Below are positions 22,590 to 35,987 of a DNA stretch of 64,000 nt, in pieces. The notes under the pieces are model-generated. The model was not told the origin of the DNA and did no database searches. It was given only the letters and a program-made list of their open reading frames with translations. Numbering within the stretch: the stretch's first letter is position 1; each line of letters starts with the position of its first letter. The stretch is taken from the NCBI GenBank assembly GCA_951406725.2, contig OX597823.1, positions 117,552,001-117,616,000 of the forward strand. Direction: 5' to 3'. This DNA comes from Octopus vulgaris (lineage: Eukaryota). Both the position numbers and the translations under genes were made by a program.

Positions 22590-23170
22590 TAAATGGATTT
22601 AATAAATGGAAACTGAAAGAAGTCTGTAATACGTGTGTGTATGTGTGTGTGTGTGTGTGTACTCTTGCGGTGGTGAGTTGGTGTCTCCTTGTCTGGATAT
22701 CAGATGGTAGTTGTAGATGAGTTTCACTCTCATACAAGCTGTGTTGTTTGTTTCTAATCTTCAGTAAAAGCATGTCTGGTCATGAGGAAATGTTTCCTTA
22801 CTTGGAATCAAGAAGGACATCCAGATTTAGACATTCTGCTTCAATGAATTCCATCTCACCCACGCAAGTACAGAAAAGAGGATGAAGATGATGATGATAT
22901 ATGTGTGTGTGTGTGAGTGTGTGTGAGTGTGTTTGTGTAATAGATGTATCATGTGATTTACATCAAGTGACATTTAACAGCAGGGGTGGGTTCTGTTTAT
23001 TATCTTGTTTGTCACATGATAAGAGGACCAGCAAAAACCCCTGAAAAACTAAAGAAACATGAAGACATCTGAAATAAGCTATATGGCAAACTACTTTGCT
23101 TTGTTTTCTTGCAGCATTTGATTTTTGATTTTTTCCAACATTGTAGAATGTTGTTAACAGAGAACATCTA

Positions 23171-23171
23171 T

Positions 23172-23220
<49 letters not shown>

Positions 23221-23227
23221 CCATCAC

Positions 23228-23263
<36 letters not shown>
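23171..23263. repeat. (ATC)n microsatellite
   Basis: Direct reading. Confidence 0.95.
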
Positions 23264-23264
<1 letters not shown>

Positions 23265-24379
23265 GTTTATATGGAAGAAGGAAAGCTTTATATGATAGCT
23301 TTTCTTGGCTGAGATTTATTGATTCAGTTATTTATCCTATAAATTTGTTAATTTCATTACACCACTTTTGTTGATCTTGTAAAAGCAATGTCTGTTTATT
23401 TACTCGTTCTCCTCTGCTTCTTTGTTCTTATGTACTTAATGACATCAACGCATTTCTTTTTAGCTTTCTCATACAAACTTTTTTTTTATTTTTTAGTTTC
23501 CCTCCAGTTTTCTTTCTTTTTTTTTTTTCTTCTTTCATTCTGAATATTTTTACATTCTTGTCCTTCTTTCTCAATGCTGCTTTTCAACATTACTATTTGG
23601 TTACTTTACAGTTTTGGCAATCTTTAATCCCTTTTTATAGGTTTACTTTTTTCAAATGTTACATATGTTTCTTTCTACTGAAATGGCTTCATACTTTTCT
23701 TTTTATTGTTGCTAATATTGCATGAGTTTTTGTAGTAATTTTGTAGTAATATTTTTTCAATCTTACTTAAAGGCATATTATATTCTTTATCAAGTGTTGC
23801 TTATGTTATATCATATGTGAGAATCAATACCACCATAGGAATGTTAGAAATCAATGTTATATTTATATTTTGGCTCAAGTTGAATGATTACATTTTAGTT
23901 TAAAGTTTCAATGTTGCTAATGTTTAGAATTATCAACCAATGTAACAATTGCTATTTGTCTTTTTAGTTGCTTTTACTGTTTCTAACACTATATTGATTA
24001 AAACTCAGTTTCTTTTATTTAATCATGTTAATGCTAATTCTTTTTCATTGCTGCTCTTTTCCCAGAGTTGTTAATCCATCCATCCATCTTTTCTGCCCAC
24101 TATTCATGGGGGTAGACTCCTCAGTCACTTCCTCCATTACATTTTTCCAGCTGGATTCCCAAGGATAACCAACTGAAACTATGGCTATTATCCAGTCATC
24201 TCATTCTTGGTCTAACCCTAGGACTCCTGCAAGGTGGCCTGGCTTGAAGAATTTGTTTTGCAGTGCTAATGTATAAATAATATTTCTTTTATCTTCCAGT
24301 GTTGCTAACACTACACAATATCCAGAATTGGTTTTCTTTTGTTGCTAATGTCACATAAGTTTTCAAACTTTTCTATTAT

Positions 24380-24623
24380 TTCTTTCTTTACTTCTTTATT
24401 GCCCACAGGGGACTAAACATAGAAGGGATAAACAAGGACAGACAAAGGGATTAAGTCGATTACATCGACCCCAGTGCGTAACTGGTACTTATTTAATCAA
24501 CCCCCAAAATGATAAAAGGCAAAGTCGACTTCGGTGGAATTTGAACTCAGAACGTAGCGGCAAATGAAATACCGCTAAGCATTTTGCCCGGTGTGCTAAC
24601 ATTTCTGCCAGCTCACCACCTTA
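24380..24623 (-). mobile_element. SINE family A, full length with TSD
   Basis: TTTTCTATTAT flanks both sides. Body is the reverse complement of 1-195. Confidence 0.9.
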
Positions 24624-25913
24624 TTTTCTATTATCATTCTTCAATGTTACATATCTAGATCCTCTTTTAACTGTATTACTGATGCAGTAATAGTTTACTA
24701 TAAAATACTGTGAAGAAGACTGGATGTATAGCATTGATTTCCCTCTCTGGTCTGTTTATGTATGATTAAAGACTGCAGGGCTAACTGCAGTAGTAACAGA
24801 GACAAGATAAAATCAGTCAGAATCATTTTGATTCATTTGTGAAGTCTGATCTAGTTTGGCAACTGATGCCACAATTATTTTGATACATATGTGTGTCTTT
24901 TGTTTGTTTGTATCAGACAGGAGAGATTGTGTGCTTCAAAATAATATTATAATATTGTTCTGCTGTGTTTGTAGATAACCAGACATATGGCTTTAGAGAC
25001 TGTGTCAGTTGAAGCAGACAACAGCCATAGAGTATTCATCACATGTCTACAGTCATAGAACTGTTATCGTGAAATATTGTTCTTATTTGTGCAACAGGAT
25101 GTAGGTTGGCAGGAATTGGAGACCATTCAACTGAATGTCTTAAAGTATTTCATCTGATTTTTTTATATATTCTAGCTTCAACTTTGACCTCTATATTCCT
25201 GGGGTTTGATAAGCACAATACATGCATTGAGACTTCATTCAATTGACTTTACACATCTCACCTGCAGAGATTAATATTATAGAGGTGAGTTAATAGAGAA
25301 TGGTAAACTATTTTACAACATTTAGCATCATATTTCACATTCTGAGTTCAGTTCCAACTTTCTTCTACACTTATTGGTTTCTGTAATTGAACTGTTAATA
25401 GACCATGCTGGAGCACTGCCCTCAATAGCCTTTAGTTGATTATTAATGACCCTGGTTTACCAGATACATATTTCATTGAACTTTGAAAATACTAAATGTT
25501 AATGTAGGCATTAAGTGGGAACTAGACTCAAATATTGCAGAGTATTACTGTTCAAATGCACTAGTTTTCACATACACATAAATACATATCCCTATATGTA
25601 TATTCTTGTCCTTCTATCATATCTTAACCTCTCAACACCTGACACAAAGCAACATCTTTCAATACTTCACCCCCACTTCACTCAAGGAGTAGGGTCTCAT
25701 TCTGTGAGTTTCTTGATAACTTTGCTAGTGTTAGTGCAACAAAAACAAATGCATCCTGTACTCTCTGTAAAGTTTTTGGGGTTAGGAAGGGCAACCAATT
25801 GTAGAAATCAGGCCAAAACACAGAGGGGTTCAATGCAACCCTCTGGTTGTTGGATCATGTTGAACTGTCCATTCTAGCATAGAAGACAGACATTAAATGA
25901 TGATGACGATGAT

Positions 25914-27191
25914 TGTTATGGTGAGAATCATGACACCCCATGTGAGAATGGAGCAGCCAAACTTGTATGAGTAGCAGTGTGTTTGATTGAGAGTGAGGGA
26001 TGGGAAATTGCAGGAAGTCAAAAGGTGTCATTCGTGAGTTTGTGGAGTCGGAGGAAATAGTTGAGAAGTTGTTATAGTTCGTTGTGAGCTGTTTTGGATT
26101 GGTTACAGTTGTTGGCAGAGTATTTGGGAGTACATCAAGTGGAGACCAACCTTGAAGGTAACAATAAGATTCCTTCATGAACTTATTCCATGATACAGTG
26201 CCCCAGACACCATAGTATCGGACAACAGAACATAGTTTTCGGGGTATGAATTTAGAAATTTCTGTGAGAGCTATGCAATCAATCACATCTCTTCTCTGCC
26301 ATACCACCCAAGATCAAATGGGCAAGCAGGAAACGTTAGTAGACACATTTAAGCAAATGCTAAAAAAATCAGGAAATGAATTAGATAATGATGCAGCACT
26401 GACTCAAATCTTAAGGGTTTACAGAGTAACACCTAACCTGAACACCTGATCAGACAAATCATCCACTGAGCTAATATTTGCCCAGAAGCTAAAATCAATT
26501 TTTGATAAATTATTACCTACGAAAAAACTTATGGGGAAAACACAACAAAGTATTTTGATGTGGGAGACAAGGTTGATTCCAAAATATATAAAAATAGAAG
26601 ACAAGGTTGGAAGGACAGTATAGTGATGAAAAGAATAGGCAGTATGATATACATAATAAAAGGTCAAATAGGGAAGCACAAACGACGTTTGAACCAGTTG
26701 AAGGTTAGACATACCAAAGAAAGAGAGGAAATACCTATGGAAGTTTGTTATGACTTATTCAATGTTCCAATACCAAAAGAAGTTGGACTTCGGTGGAATC
26801 AGCAATTGAAAATGTAAACAAACAGAACAACTAGAAATAGTCCCTAAGTGAAAGAAGTATTAAAACTTCTGAGGAAACTAAAATCTCAAAAAAAGGGACA
26901 GTTGATGACGAAAAACAATGGAATAAAATTAAATAAACAATCTGCACTTCCTACAGAAATCAAATCTCAAAAGGGGAGATGATATAGAGAGAATCATAAC
27001 ACACCCTGTAAGAATTGAGCAGCCAAACTCTTAAAAGTAGCAGCATGTTTGATTGAGAGCGACAGATGAGAAATTGCAGGAAGTCAAAAGGTGTCGTGGA
27101 GTCACAGGAAATTGTTGAGAAGTTGTTATAGTTCTTTGAGAGTTGTTTTGGATTGACTACAGTTGTTGGTAGAGTTTTTGGAAATACATGA
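25914..27191 (+). mobile_element. Internally deleted Gypsy LTR retrotransposon (LTR - integrase fragment - PPT - LTR)
   Basis: Direct repeats at 25914-26137 (TG..CA) and 26980-27191. PPT AAAAGGGGAGA precedes the second. Integrase C-terminal motifs LVDTFKQMLKK..YRVTPN..ELIF..FDKLLP. Confidence 0.85.
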
Positions 27192-27303
27192 AGGGGAGAC
27201 AATTGGTGGCTGCCTCATTCCGTGGTATTGTATATCACACTGTTATTAGTGCATGACACTAAGGTGAAATATACAGAAACCACTTTATAAAAATTATGAT
27301 GAT

Positions 27304-27341
<38 letters not shown>

Positions 27342-27575
27342 ATAAAATGCCAGGAGGTATGAAAGATGAATATATTTATTTAACTACTTGACATCCTTAG
27401 GGTTACAGCTGTTTTGCAACCTTCTTCATGTAGTAGTAGGTTCAGTGTAGAATAAAATTATGTTTGCATTAATATGCATGTTATGTATTATACAATACAA
27501 CTGTATATTCACAACTGAAAGCAAATAAAGCTAGTTCATCAGATCACAAAAATATCATAGTTATATATATATATC

Positions 27576-28783
27576 TTGGGTCATCCCATAAATAATGTAT
27601 TTTTTTTAATGGCATGAATTAAAAGTCGGAGGGGGTGGGATAAACTACCTCCATCATCTTGCTAAATTATAAAAGCAGGTAGTAATTTTACCTTGTACTT
27701 ATCCTTGGTGCAAGTTTTGAAGAATGCAGTTCGATTTTAACAGCTATTTTTTCAAAGCTATATTGAAAGTGAGAAAGGAGCATATTCAGCATGTATTGCT
27801 TTATGAATTCAATAAAAGCAACAACACAATGGAAAGTGTGAGGAATATTAATGCAGTATATGGGGATTTGTCAATAAGCATAAACCAGTGTCAACAGTGG
27901 TTCCAGAAATTCTGAGCTGGAAACTACAGTCTAGAAGACAAGTCTCATCCTGGAAGATTTGTAGAGCTCAACAAGGACGTCCTGCAAAAATTAGCAGAGA
28001 AGCATGGATTTGGTCATTCAACCATTCATTGACACCTGCGTGCCATCAGAAGAATCAGCAAATTGGGTCGATGGGTTCCTCACAAACTTTCTGAGTCTAA
28101 TCATGTGCAAAGAGTGAATGTGTGCTCTTCTTTGCTGTCACGTCTCATGAATAAACCTTTTTTTGACCAAATGGTAACTGGTGACAAGAAATGGTTTTCT
28201 CTATAAAAATGTCAAGCACCAAAAACAGTGGGTGGGGAAAGGAGAAACACTGGCACCCCAGGCTAAAGAAGGTCTTCACCCACATAAGGTGTTCTTATCT
28301 GTTTGGTGGGATATAAAAGGTTTAGTTCACTTTGAACATTTAAACCCAAATCAAATGATAACAAAGGAGATCTACTGTGAGCAGCTTGAGTGGTTTAAGT
28401 CAGCACTAGAAGAAAAATGACCATCTTTGGTTTCAATACGAAAGGTGTTCCTCCACCAGGATAATGCTCAGCCACACACAGGGAGGCTAACATTCCAAAG
28501 GGTGGAGCAGTTAGAATGGGAAAACGATGCCCCACCCACCATATTTGCTGGGCATTTCCCTATCTGATTATCATTTATTCCAGTCATCAAAATCATTTGG
28601 ACAGGAAAAAAATGAATTCTGTAGATGATGTCAAAACAGTACTGGATGAGTATTTTTTATCATGGACAAGGGAATTTTGGAAGAGGGTCTTTGCAAGTCT
28701 ACCAGATGACTTAAAAAAGAACTTTATTTTAATTTTAAAAAATAAAAGAAGTATAAAAAAATCCACATAATTTATGGGATAAC

Positions 28784-28787
<4 letters not shown>
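27576..28787 (+). mobile_element. Mariner transposon, full length, degenerate transposase
   Basis: TIRs TTGGGTCATCCCATAAA / TTTATGGGATAACCCAA. Motifs WVPHKL, VTGDKKW, HQDNAQPH, HPPY..SDYHLF. Confidence 0.93.
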
Positions 28788-28861
<74 letters not shown>

Positions 28862-28894
28862 TACAATATATATTTATATATATATACATATATA

Positions 28895-28947
<53 letters not shown>

Positions 28948-29224
28948 ACAAAGGATGAAATTAATTAATTAAGAAGTAATCAGTAACTTCACCAAGTAGA
29001 ATTCGGCATGAAAAGGACCATTTCATGGTAAGCTTAAGTAATACTATATAATTAGGGTTCAGCAACGATTTGCTTCCCCACATACCGAAGTTTAGAAATA
29101 GCAGTCAAAAAATCTTAGCTATTCCTTCTACTTTAAAGGGGGTTCCCAGAAAAACCAAAGCACTTGAAAACAAACCACGCAGGCAAAAGGGAAAAAACAA
29201 TGAAAGTCATTCTATATTAGGTTA

Positions 29225-29317
29225 CCCACGTACGTACGTTTCGGAATTAGATCAGTATAAAGCGTAAATAATAAATAATTAGACCTTACCCGACCATTTT
29301 CGGCTCTTCAGCATGGG
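29225..29317 (-). ncRNA. Type I hammerhead ribozyme motif in a Penelope-like terminus (~28945-29370)
   Basis: Minus strand reads CCCAUG-CUGAAGA-G..(long stem/loop II)..C-GAAAC-GUAC-GUA-CGUGGG, with a palindromic loop III and a GUA cleavage triplet. Confidence 0.75.
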
Positions 29318-30139
29318 ATTCCTCAATTATAAATTAATAATTAAATAACAATTATTTAATGACAAGAATTTTGACGACAGTGGTTGTGATGGTAGTGGTG
29401 GTGTGGGTATGGTGGTGGTGATTGTGGTATGTCTGTTGATGTCATTGTTTGCCCTTGTACTGATTGTGGTAGGCTGGAGGGGCTGGAGGGGCTGCTGTTG
29501 TTGTTAGTGGTAGTGGGGGGGTTACTGTTGTTACTTCTTCTGGTAAGAGGTAGGGGTTATGTTGTGGTTATTGTTAGTGTTAGAGGAGGTGGTGGTGTGT
29601 AGTGGTAATAATGCTACTGTTGGTGTGGTAGTGCTAGGAAATATGATATGTGAGGTAGAAAAGCAATATCAAATTGTAAACTGAGATCTGTTGGCCATAT
29701 TTTATGTATTTTGGTGATAACAATTTGATAGTGATGGGCATCGGAACGTTGGACTGACTTGGAAATTAATCTTTAATTAAATTCACAGATTAAATCAAAA
29801 TGAAACTAGTTTCAATGTGAGAAAGAGATGAAGAATTGGTTTATAGAAAAGTGGAGTTTAATCAACATTCTAAATTGTATTCTTCATCTTCACCTCCATC
29901 ACATTTACTATGGCTGTCCGTCTCTCCAATATCAAACATTCCTACATCATACTCTTCCTGTTCCTCATCTTCATCTTCATCTTCATCATTGTCACCATCA
30001 TCATCATCATTACAACTAGTTGTGGCATCATCACCATAACGATCATCTTTGTCGTCATCACAATCTTCCGCATCATTGCAGCCCCATCATATTCATTATA
30101 ACTATCATAATCATCCCATCATTAGCATTGCCATTGCTG

Positions 30140-30203
30140 ACATCATCATCATCATCTGCACCATCATCATCATCATCTGCACCATCATCATCATCATCTG
30201 CAC

Positions 30204-30234
<31 letters not shown>

Positions 30235-30239
30235 TGCAC

Positions 30240-30270
<31 letters not shown>

Positions 30271-30405
30271 TGCACCATCATCATCTTCATCATCATCATC
30301 ATCTGCATCATCATCATCATCATCATCTGCACTATCATCATCATTATCATCTGCACCATCAACATCATCATCTGCATCATCATTATCATCAACATCATCA
30401 TCACT
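30140..30405. repeat. (ATC)n array periodically interrupted by TGCACC
   Basis: Direct reading. Confidence 0.92.
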
Positions 30406-30600
30406 ACCAACATCTTTTCAAGATCACAACTTCCACAAACACCCAGGTGCATCTACAACAGACCCCAGGTCTCAACTGGCAACACCATCCTATGAACAAT
30501 ATTCCTTCCACTCAGTGCAGACAAACATTATGACCAAGACCACACTCATGGGACACCTCTGCAATCACTAGAAATTTCTCAAAATGAAACATCATTTGGA

Positions 30601-30769
30601 CATGTGAGGGAGGTGGTCCGCAGCAGTGGCCAGCTCTATTCGGTCCTTACCATTACATGTGAGGGACGCGGTCCGCAGCAGTGGCCAGCTCTATTCGGTC
30701 CTTACCATTACATGTGAGGGAGGTGGTCCGCAGCAGTGGCCAGCTCTATTCGGTCCTTACCATTACATG
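30601..30769. repeat. 55-bp GC-rich tandem repeat, 3 copies
   Basis: CATGTGAGGGAGGTGGTCCGCAGCAGTGGCCAGCTCTATTCGGTCCTTACCATTA at 30601, 30656 (2 substitutions) and 30711. Confidence 0.97.
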
Positions 30770-30924
30770 CTCAATCATCTTGTTTTCTATCTTGTATTTG
30801 TGATTTCTTGTTAAAAATTGTTGTGGAAGGATCCTGACCACCATCACATAACCAAAAGTGGACTGATGCATTTCAATGAAATAAAGAAACTGAGTGAACT
30901 GCTGGCAGGTGACAGTCATGGTCC

Positions 30925-31177
30925 AAGAATTCCTCTCAACACATGGCTATGATGCTCCCCCATTACTTCTGCTCGTGATGAGAGATGCACATATCGTCAG
31001 CCACTAAGGGACATGGTCAACTGGTTAAGGTCAAACAACTGACAAGCAAATCTGTGGTATTCAGCAGAATATTTGCTGTAGCCCATCTTTTATACCAAGA
31101 CAAAACAATGGACATGATAACACTTCCAATCAGTTAAGATCAGAAGCCATGAAAGCTACTGCCTGGTACTCAGGGCA
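30925..31177. repeat. Unclassified interspersed repeat
   Basis: A diverged inverted copy lies at ~34315-34475. Confidence 0.7.
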
Positions 31178-31211
31178 TTATTATTATTATTATCATTATT
31201 ATTATTATTAT

Positions 31212-32013
31212 TTTTTTTTTTTTCCTTCTTTCTTCAAATTTTCTTCCACATCTCACCGAGTGTTTTCCGTACACCTAGGGCAGAAAAGCTCATTGTATGC
31301 ATTTCAAGATTACACATGCAAATTCACAGGTAAAATATGTTTTTAAAAGATTAATAAATAAATTCATGAATGGATGTTGTTTTCACAGCGATAATGCTCT
31401 TCTCAGTACATGAGCCGTTCCAGTTAATATGATTTTTTGCACTTCCTGTAGGGATGGTAAGCCTAGTATCATTTTCAAATAGGTTTCAGTACCTTTTTTT
31501 TATCATTCCTAGAGCTCCTACAATCACTGGTATTGTAGTCGCCTTGAGATGCCACATTTTTTCAATTTCTATTAGCAAGTCTTTATATTCCAGTCTTTGG
31601 AATGTCATCCTCCCTGTATGTGGCTGAGCATTATCCTGGTGGAAGAACACCTTTCGTATTGAAACCAAAGGAATACTCATGTCAATTAATAAGCACGTCT
31701 TTTTTGTCTGATCTTTTATAATAATATCTGGTTTATTAGCTTTTATAGTCTTGTCGGTCTGCACGGGGAAGTCCCATAGAATCAACACATTTCCTCCCTC
31801 AGTCACAGCTTCAGGATGGTGTTTATACCATTTGTCAGCGGTTTTGATTTTATAATGCCGACATATTGTCCAGTGTAAATACTGGCCGACTCTGTCATGT
31901 CTTGCTTTATATTCTACAGGTACTAAGACTCTACACTCTGAGATTAGGTGGTCTATAGTTTCAATCTCATCATTACAGAATCGGCATTTTGGGTCAGCTC
32001 CATTTTTTATCAC
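31212..32013 (-). mobile_element. R4/Dong-type RLE LINE 3' end in a (TAA)n tract
   Basis: CRFC..ETIDHLISEC, RHD, KPDII..LIDMSIP, IPVIVGALG. (ATT)n on both flanks. Confidence 0.88.
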
Positions 32014-32048
<35 letters not shown>

Positions 32049-32729
32049 CATTGATCCTGTGTTTGCAAAATGAGGGTATATTTTTTTAAGCTCATGAGTT
32101 CTTGTTAAATTTTGTTATTTCTAAGAATGTTATTTTATATTTTTGTTGTACTATCTTGTTAATAAGCCAACCAATATCACCTGGGGCTAGCTTGGCTTTG
32201 TTAAATTATTGCAGTTTGTGGAGGAATTCATGTTTGTATTTTCTAAAAATTAATCCATGAAGATTTGAGGAAACTGCCCAGTGGTGGAGAACCAATAATT
32301 TAAAGAACTGTTTTGACACAAACTTCCTGCCTCTTCAGCAAAGTACCACTATCTCCTCCACCACTATTTCCACCATTTTCTATGAAAACAAGAAAAGTTA
32401 CAACAAATGAAACAACAACAGCAATGACAAGGCAAATGAAAAACAACAAAAACAATGAAATTGAAAATAACCGCAACAACAAAAATGTGACTGTAGAACA
32501 AAAAAAATTCAATTATCCATTCAACACCTGAGCATTCCACTTCCTTTGCCACCAACAACACTAACACTAACTCAAAAGTAGAAAGTACAACATGCAAATG
32601 TAGAGGTAGCAGGTTTGCTGACTTGGCCTGCCAAATAGAGGAAGAAATTGTTTTAAAAATGGAATTAATCTTTTAAAAATCCATTAACATTTGAGTGAAA
32701 CTCAACATTCCAGGATCCATCCAGCAACA

Positions 32730-33300
32730 AAAATGACCTCAGAACAGTTGTATATAAAAACTTTAGGTACAAAGAGTAGAAAAATAGAACAGATGACACA
32801 GCAGTAGATTGAAAAGTGTCTCAGACCAATCTGGAGCACAAAAACTTACATCAAAAGCAGAAACAAGTGTATATAGTCTGAGGTGAGATTACCTACAGAA
32901 GATGGGGCCAGAATGCACTCCAGAACAACCCTAAGGAGAGAGCAATTCTCCTCATCCCAACCTAACTTGGTTGCAGGTTAGTTAAAATAAAGATAATCAA
33001 TGTGCCACCAGAAATAGACATTTTCTGGTTGGTGGCAGCTGACCTCTTTGATGTAGATATTTTGATATAAACAAATCTAATAGTTTACTGATACAGAGGT
33101 TGCAGTAACAAAATTAGTATGGTTAATGGATGGAACTATTGAGCCAAATGTATCACCAAAATATGAAGACCATCTCAGACCTGCTCAATCTTCCAAATGG
33201 CACAAAACGATATGTAGCCATTGAGAGCCAAAGGCCAAGGTGTCACTTGTGTGGTGGCACAAGCCACCTCAAGGCAACAGCAAAGAAGGAAACAAGAATG
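32730..33300 (+). pseudogene. Old relic of the same ORF1 family as the 10-17 kb array
   Basis: RTVVYK, IEKCLRPIW, ILLIPT*LGCR..IINVPPEID and IESQRPRCHLCGGTSHLKA across frames. Confidence 0.75.
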
Positions 33301-33703
33301 CTTGTCACTTCCAATGATACCATCACTACAACAACAACTATATAAACAAAACACCACCACAAACCTCCCCAGCTCACACCACACAGTCATGTCATGTGAC
33401 AAAGAAGATGGAGAGGACACAAAATTGCAAACAGTAACAATAACAAAAATATATATACTAATCAGAAGATTGGAAAATATAAACAAATGAAGTAGGCTAC
33501 TTCAAGTAATGATGCACCAACACTACCCCCAACACCAGTGATATCAATACCACTATCCTCAGCACCTGCACGACAACATAAACACAAGCACACACATACA
33601 TAATATACACACATATTTATGAGAGAATAAATGAAATAGTATAATGAAACAATCAATAATTAAAATTAAGATTATAATAATATATAAATAGATAAATTAT
33701 GAA

Positions 33704-33908
33704 ATTCTGTTGTGTCTGGGGAGAGTCATTTTCTTTTTGAGCCTTATAATGTAACACACTCACTGGTAAAATTTCCACTTTTTTCTTATTTTTATTTAAA
33801 GAAAATTTTCGTTAAATAAAAATAAGAAAAAAAGTGGAAATTTTACCAGTGAGTGTGTTACATTATAAGGCTCAAAAAGAAAATGACTCTCCCCAGACAC
33901 AACAGAAT
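33704..33908. repeat. ~96-bp near-perfect inverted repeat with a 12-nt spacer
   Basis: Arms at 33704-33799 and 33812-33908 differ by one indel in a T/A run. Confidence 0.95.
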
Positions 33909-34949
33909 ATGCTTCAACACACGAACTCATATAAAGAATCTTGCAAACCAAATCCAAAAACGAAATTATGAAATATTGGTTAAGTTGAATTATTTGTATA
34001 ATAATTTCTCAAATTCACCATTAAGCATCTTTTGAGACATTTAATGTTGTAAAACCCCAGCATATTGAAAGTGATCTCTTTAATTTCAGAGTAATGTCCT
34101 AGTTTCAATTTTAATAATAACACAATGTAACAAAAATTTAATTTTTTCTTGTCTGGTCAGTAAATGTTATTTCCTATTTGCTTCTATCTAGAAATCGAAA
34201 GAAATGACTTCTGCTCCCTTCAAACTTTTTTTACCTAGACATTAATGTTTTGAAACTGACCTATTTTCCATTACATTTCAGATTCAGCACTGAGTTGCTG
34301 AAGCAGAAATATCGTTATAACAAATATTCTGTTCAATACCAGAGATTTGCTTGTCAGTTGCTTGACCTGAACCACATGAGCATGTCCCTTAGTGACTGAT
34401 AATATGTACATCTCTGATCATGATAAGAGCAATTGGAGAGCATCATAACCATGTGTTGAGTAGGATTCTTTGGGGTTTGAATAAATGTAACAAAAGCAAA
34501 GCTTGAAGGAAATATTAGCCAGTTTTCAGATTTTCTAGGGGTAAGTAAATAGGAAATAGCAGTCGCTACACGTGGACAAAAATAGTGTTACATAGTGTAA
34601 TCTATCTTTTACATGCTTTTGTGTCATTCTAACTTCTTTGGAAAGTTTATGGTACCACAAAAGCATTATTTTGTCTATTAACTGTGTCTAATTTTTAAAG
34701 GACAGTGAATCTTATTTCACCATCATTTTCAGTCTTTTTACACTTGTTTGTGTTGTTTTATGTTGTTTTATGTTGTTGTTTTTTGTCTGTGATTTTTTCA
34801 TTTTCTTTTCTTCTTTCTCTAACCATTTGTAAATTTTCATGCATAATTATTTTTTTCTCATCACATGATAAAGGTGGGGTACTATAGGTAAGCACTGTTA
34901 AGGGATGAGACGCATGTTCATTTATTTCTGATACAGGGCAAGACAGTAA

Positions 34950-35535
34950 GCTGGCAGAATAGTTATCATGCCAAACAAAATGCTTAGTGATTCTACATTC
35001 TGAGTTCTGAGTTCAAATTCTATCAAGGTCAACTTTGCCTTTTGTCCTTTTGCTGTCAATAAAATAAGAACCAATTGAGTACTGGGATTGCTATATTGAC
35101 TAACCTTCTCCCCCAAAGTTTCAAACTTGTGCCTATAGGAATGGTTGTACGGTAAGAAACTTGCTTCTCAGCCACACGGTTTCAGGTTCAGTCCCACTGT
35201 GTGGCAACTTGGGCAAGTGTCTTCTACTATAGCCTTGGGCCAACCAATGCCTTGTGAGTGGATTTCATAGACAGAAACTGAAAGAAGCCCTTCATGTGTG
35301 TGTGTGTGTGTGTGTGTATTTGTATGTGTGTCTATGTTCCCCCCCCTCCCACCATCGCTTGACAACTGATGCTGGTATGTTTATACCTCCATAACTTAGT
35401 GGTTCGGCAAAAGAGACCAATAGAATAAGTTCTGAGCTTACAAAGAATAAGTCCTGGGGTCAATTTATTCGACTAAAAGTGGTGCTCCAGCATGGCTGTA
35501 GTCAAATGACTGAAACAAGTAAAAGAATAAAAGAA
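34950..35535 (+). mobile_element. SINE A-like copy followed by a SINE B copy
   Basis: Homology to 1-130 and to 5765-6200. Confidence 0.8.
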
Positions 35536-35639
35536 TAGTAGAATGGATTTCTAATGCTGGGCATAAAACTATTCCACTTGCCATCCCCACTGTTTTGGCT
35601 AGTGTTCTTTTTCCTGTTGCTCTTCATCTTCATTATCTT

Positions 35640-35870
35640 CAAATTTCTTTTCATACTTTAACTTCTCTCTTCTTCCTGGCATTCAATTCTAAGGTGAGCT
35701 TCACCCCCAACAAATGTAGCTTCACGTTTTCTACTCTTGTCATCAACTTCATTCCCTTTGTCATGATGTCTTCAATAGGGCACAGTTCTGGTATGGCTCT
35801 GTGGCCTTCAGGTGTCATAAGAATTTGCAAATTCATTTTGATGTCCCTGATCACACTCACCTTCTGTTAA
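35640..35870 (-). pseudogene. Probable further ORF1 relic with a degenerate zinc knuckle
   Basis: LQILMTPEGHRAIPE.., then (S)YICW(G)EAHLRIEC at 35678-35721 with a 1-nt frameshift. Confidence 0.45.
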
Positions 35871-35987
35871 TTCTGCTTTGTCCAGTCTCCCATACTACAA
35901 TACAAAAGTGACAATGACTAGACATGACCTTTCATCATTTCTGACGTCTTCTGTTGTCATTCTTGAGTTTCTCTGCAGAGTCAAAGT

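Noticed and set aside
30601-30769. Possible CRISPR array
   Set aside because: The units are contiguous with no unique spacers, there are no cas genes, and the context is eukaryotic.
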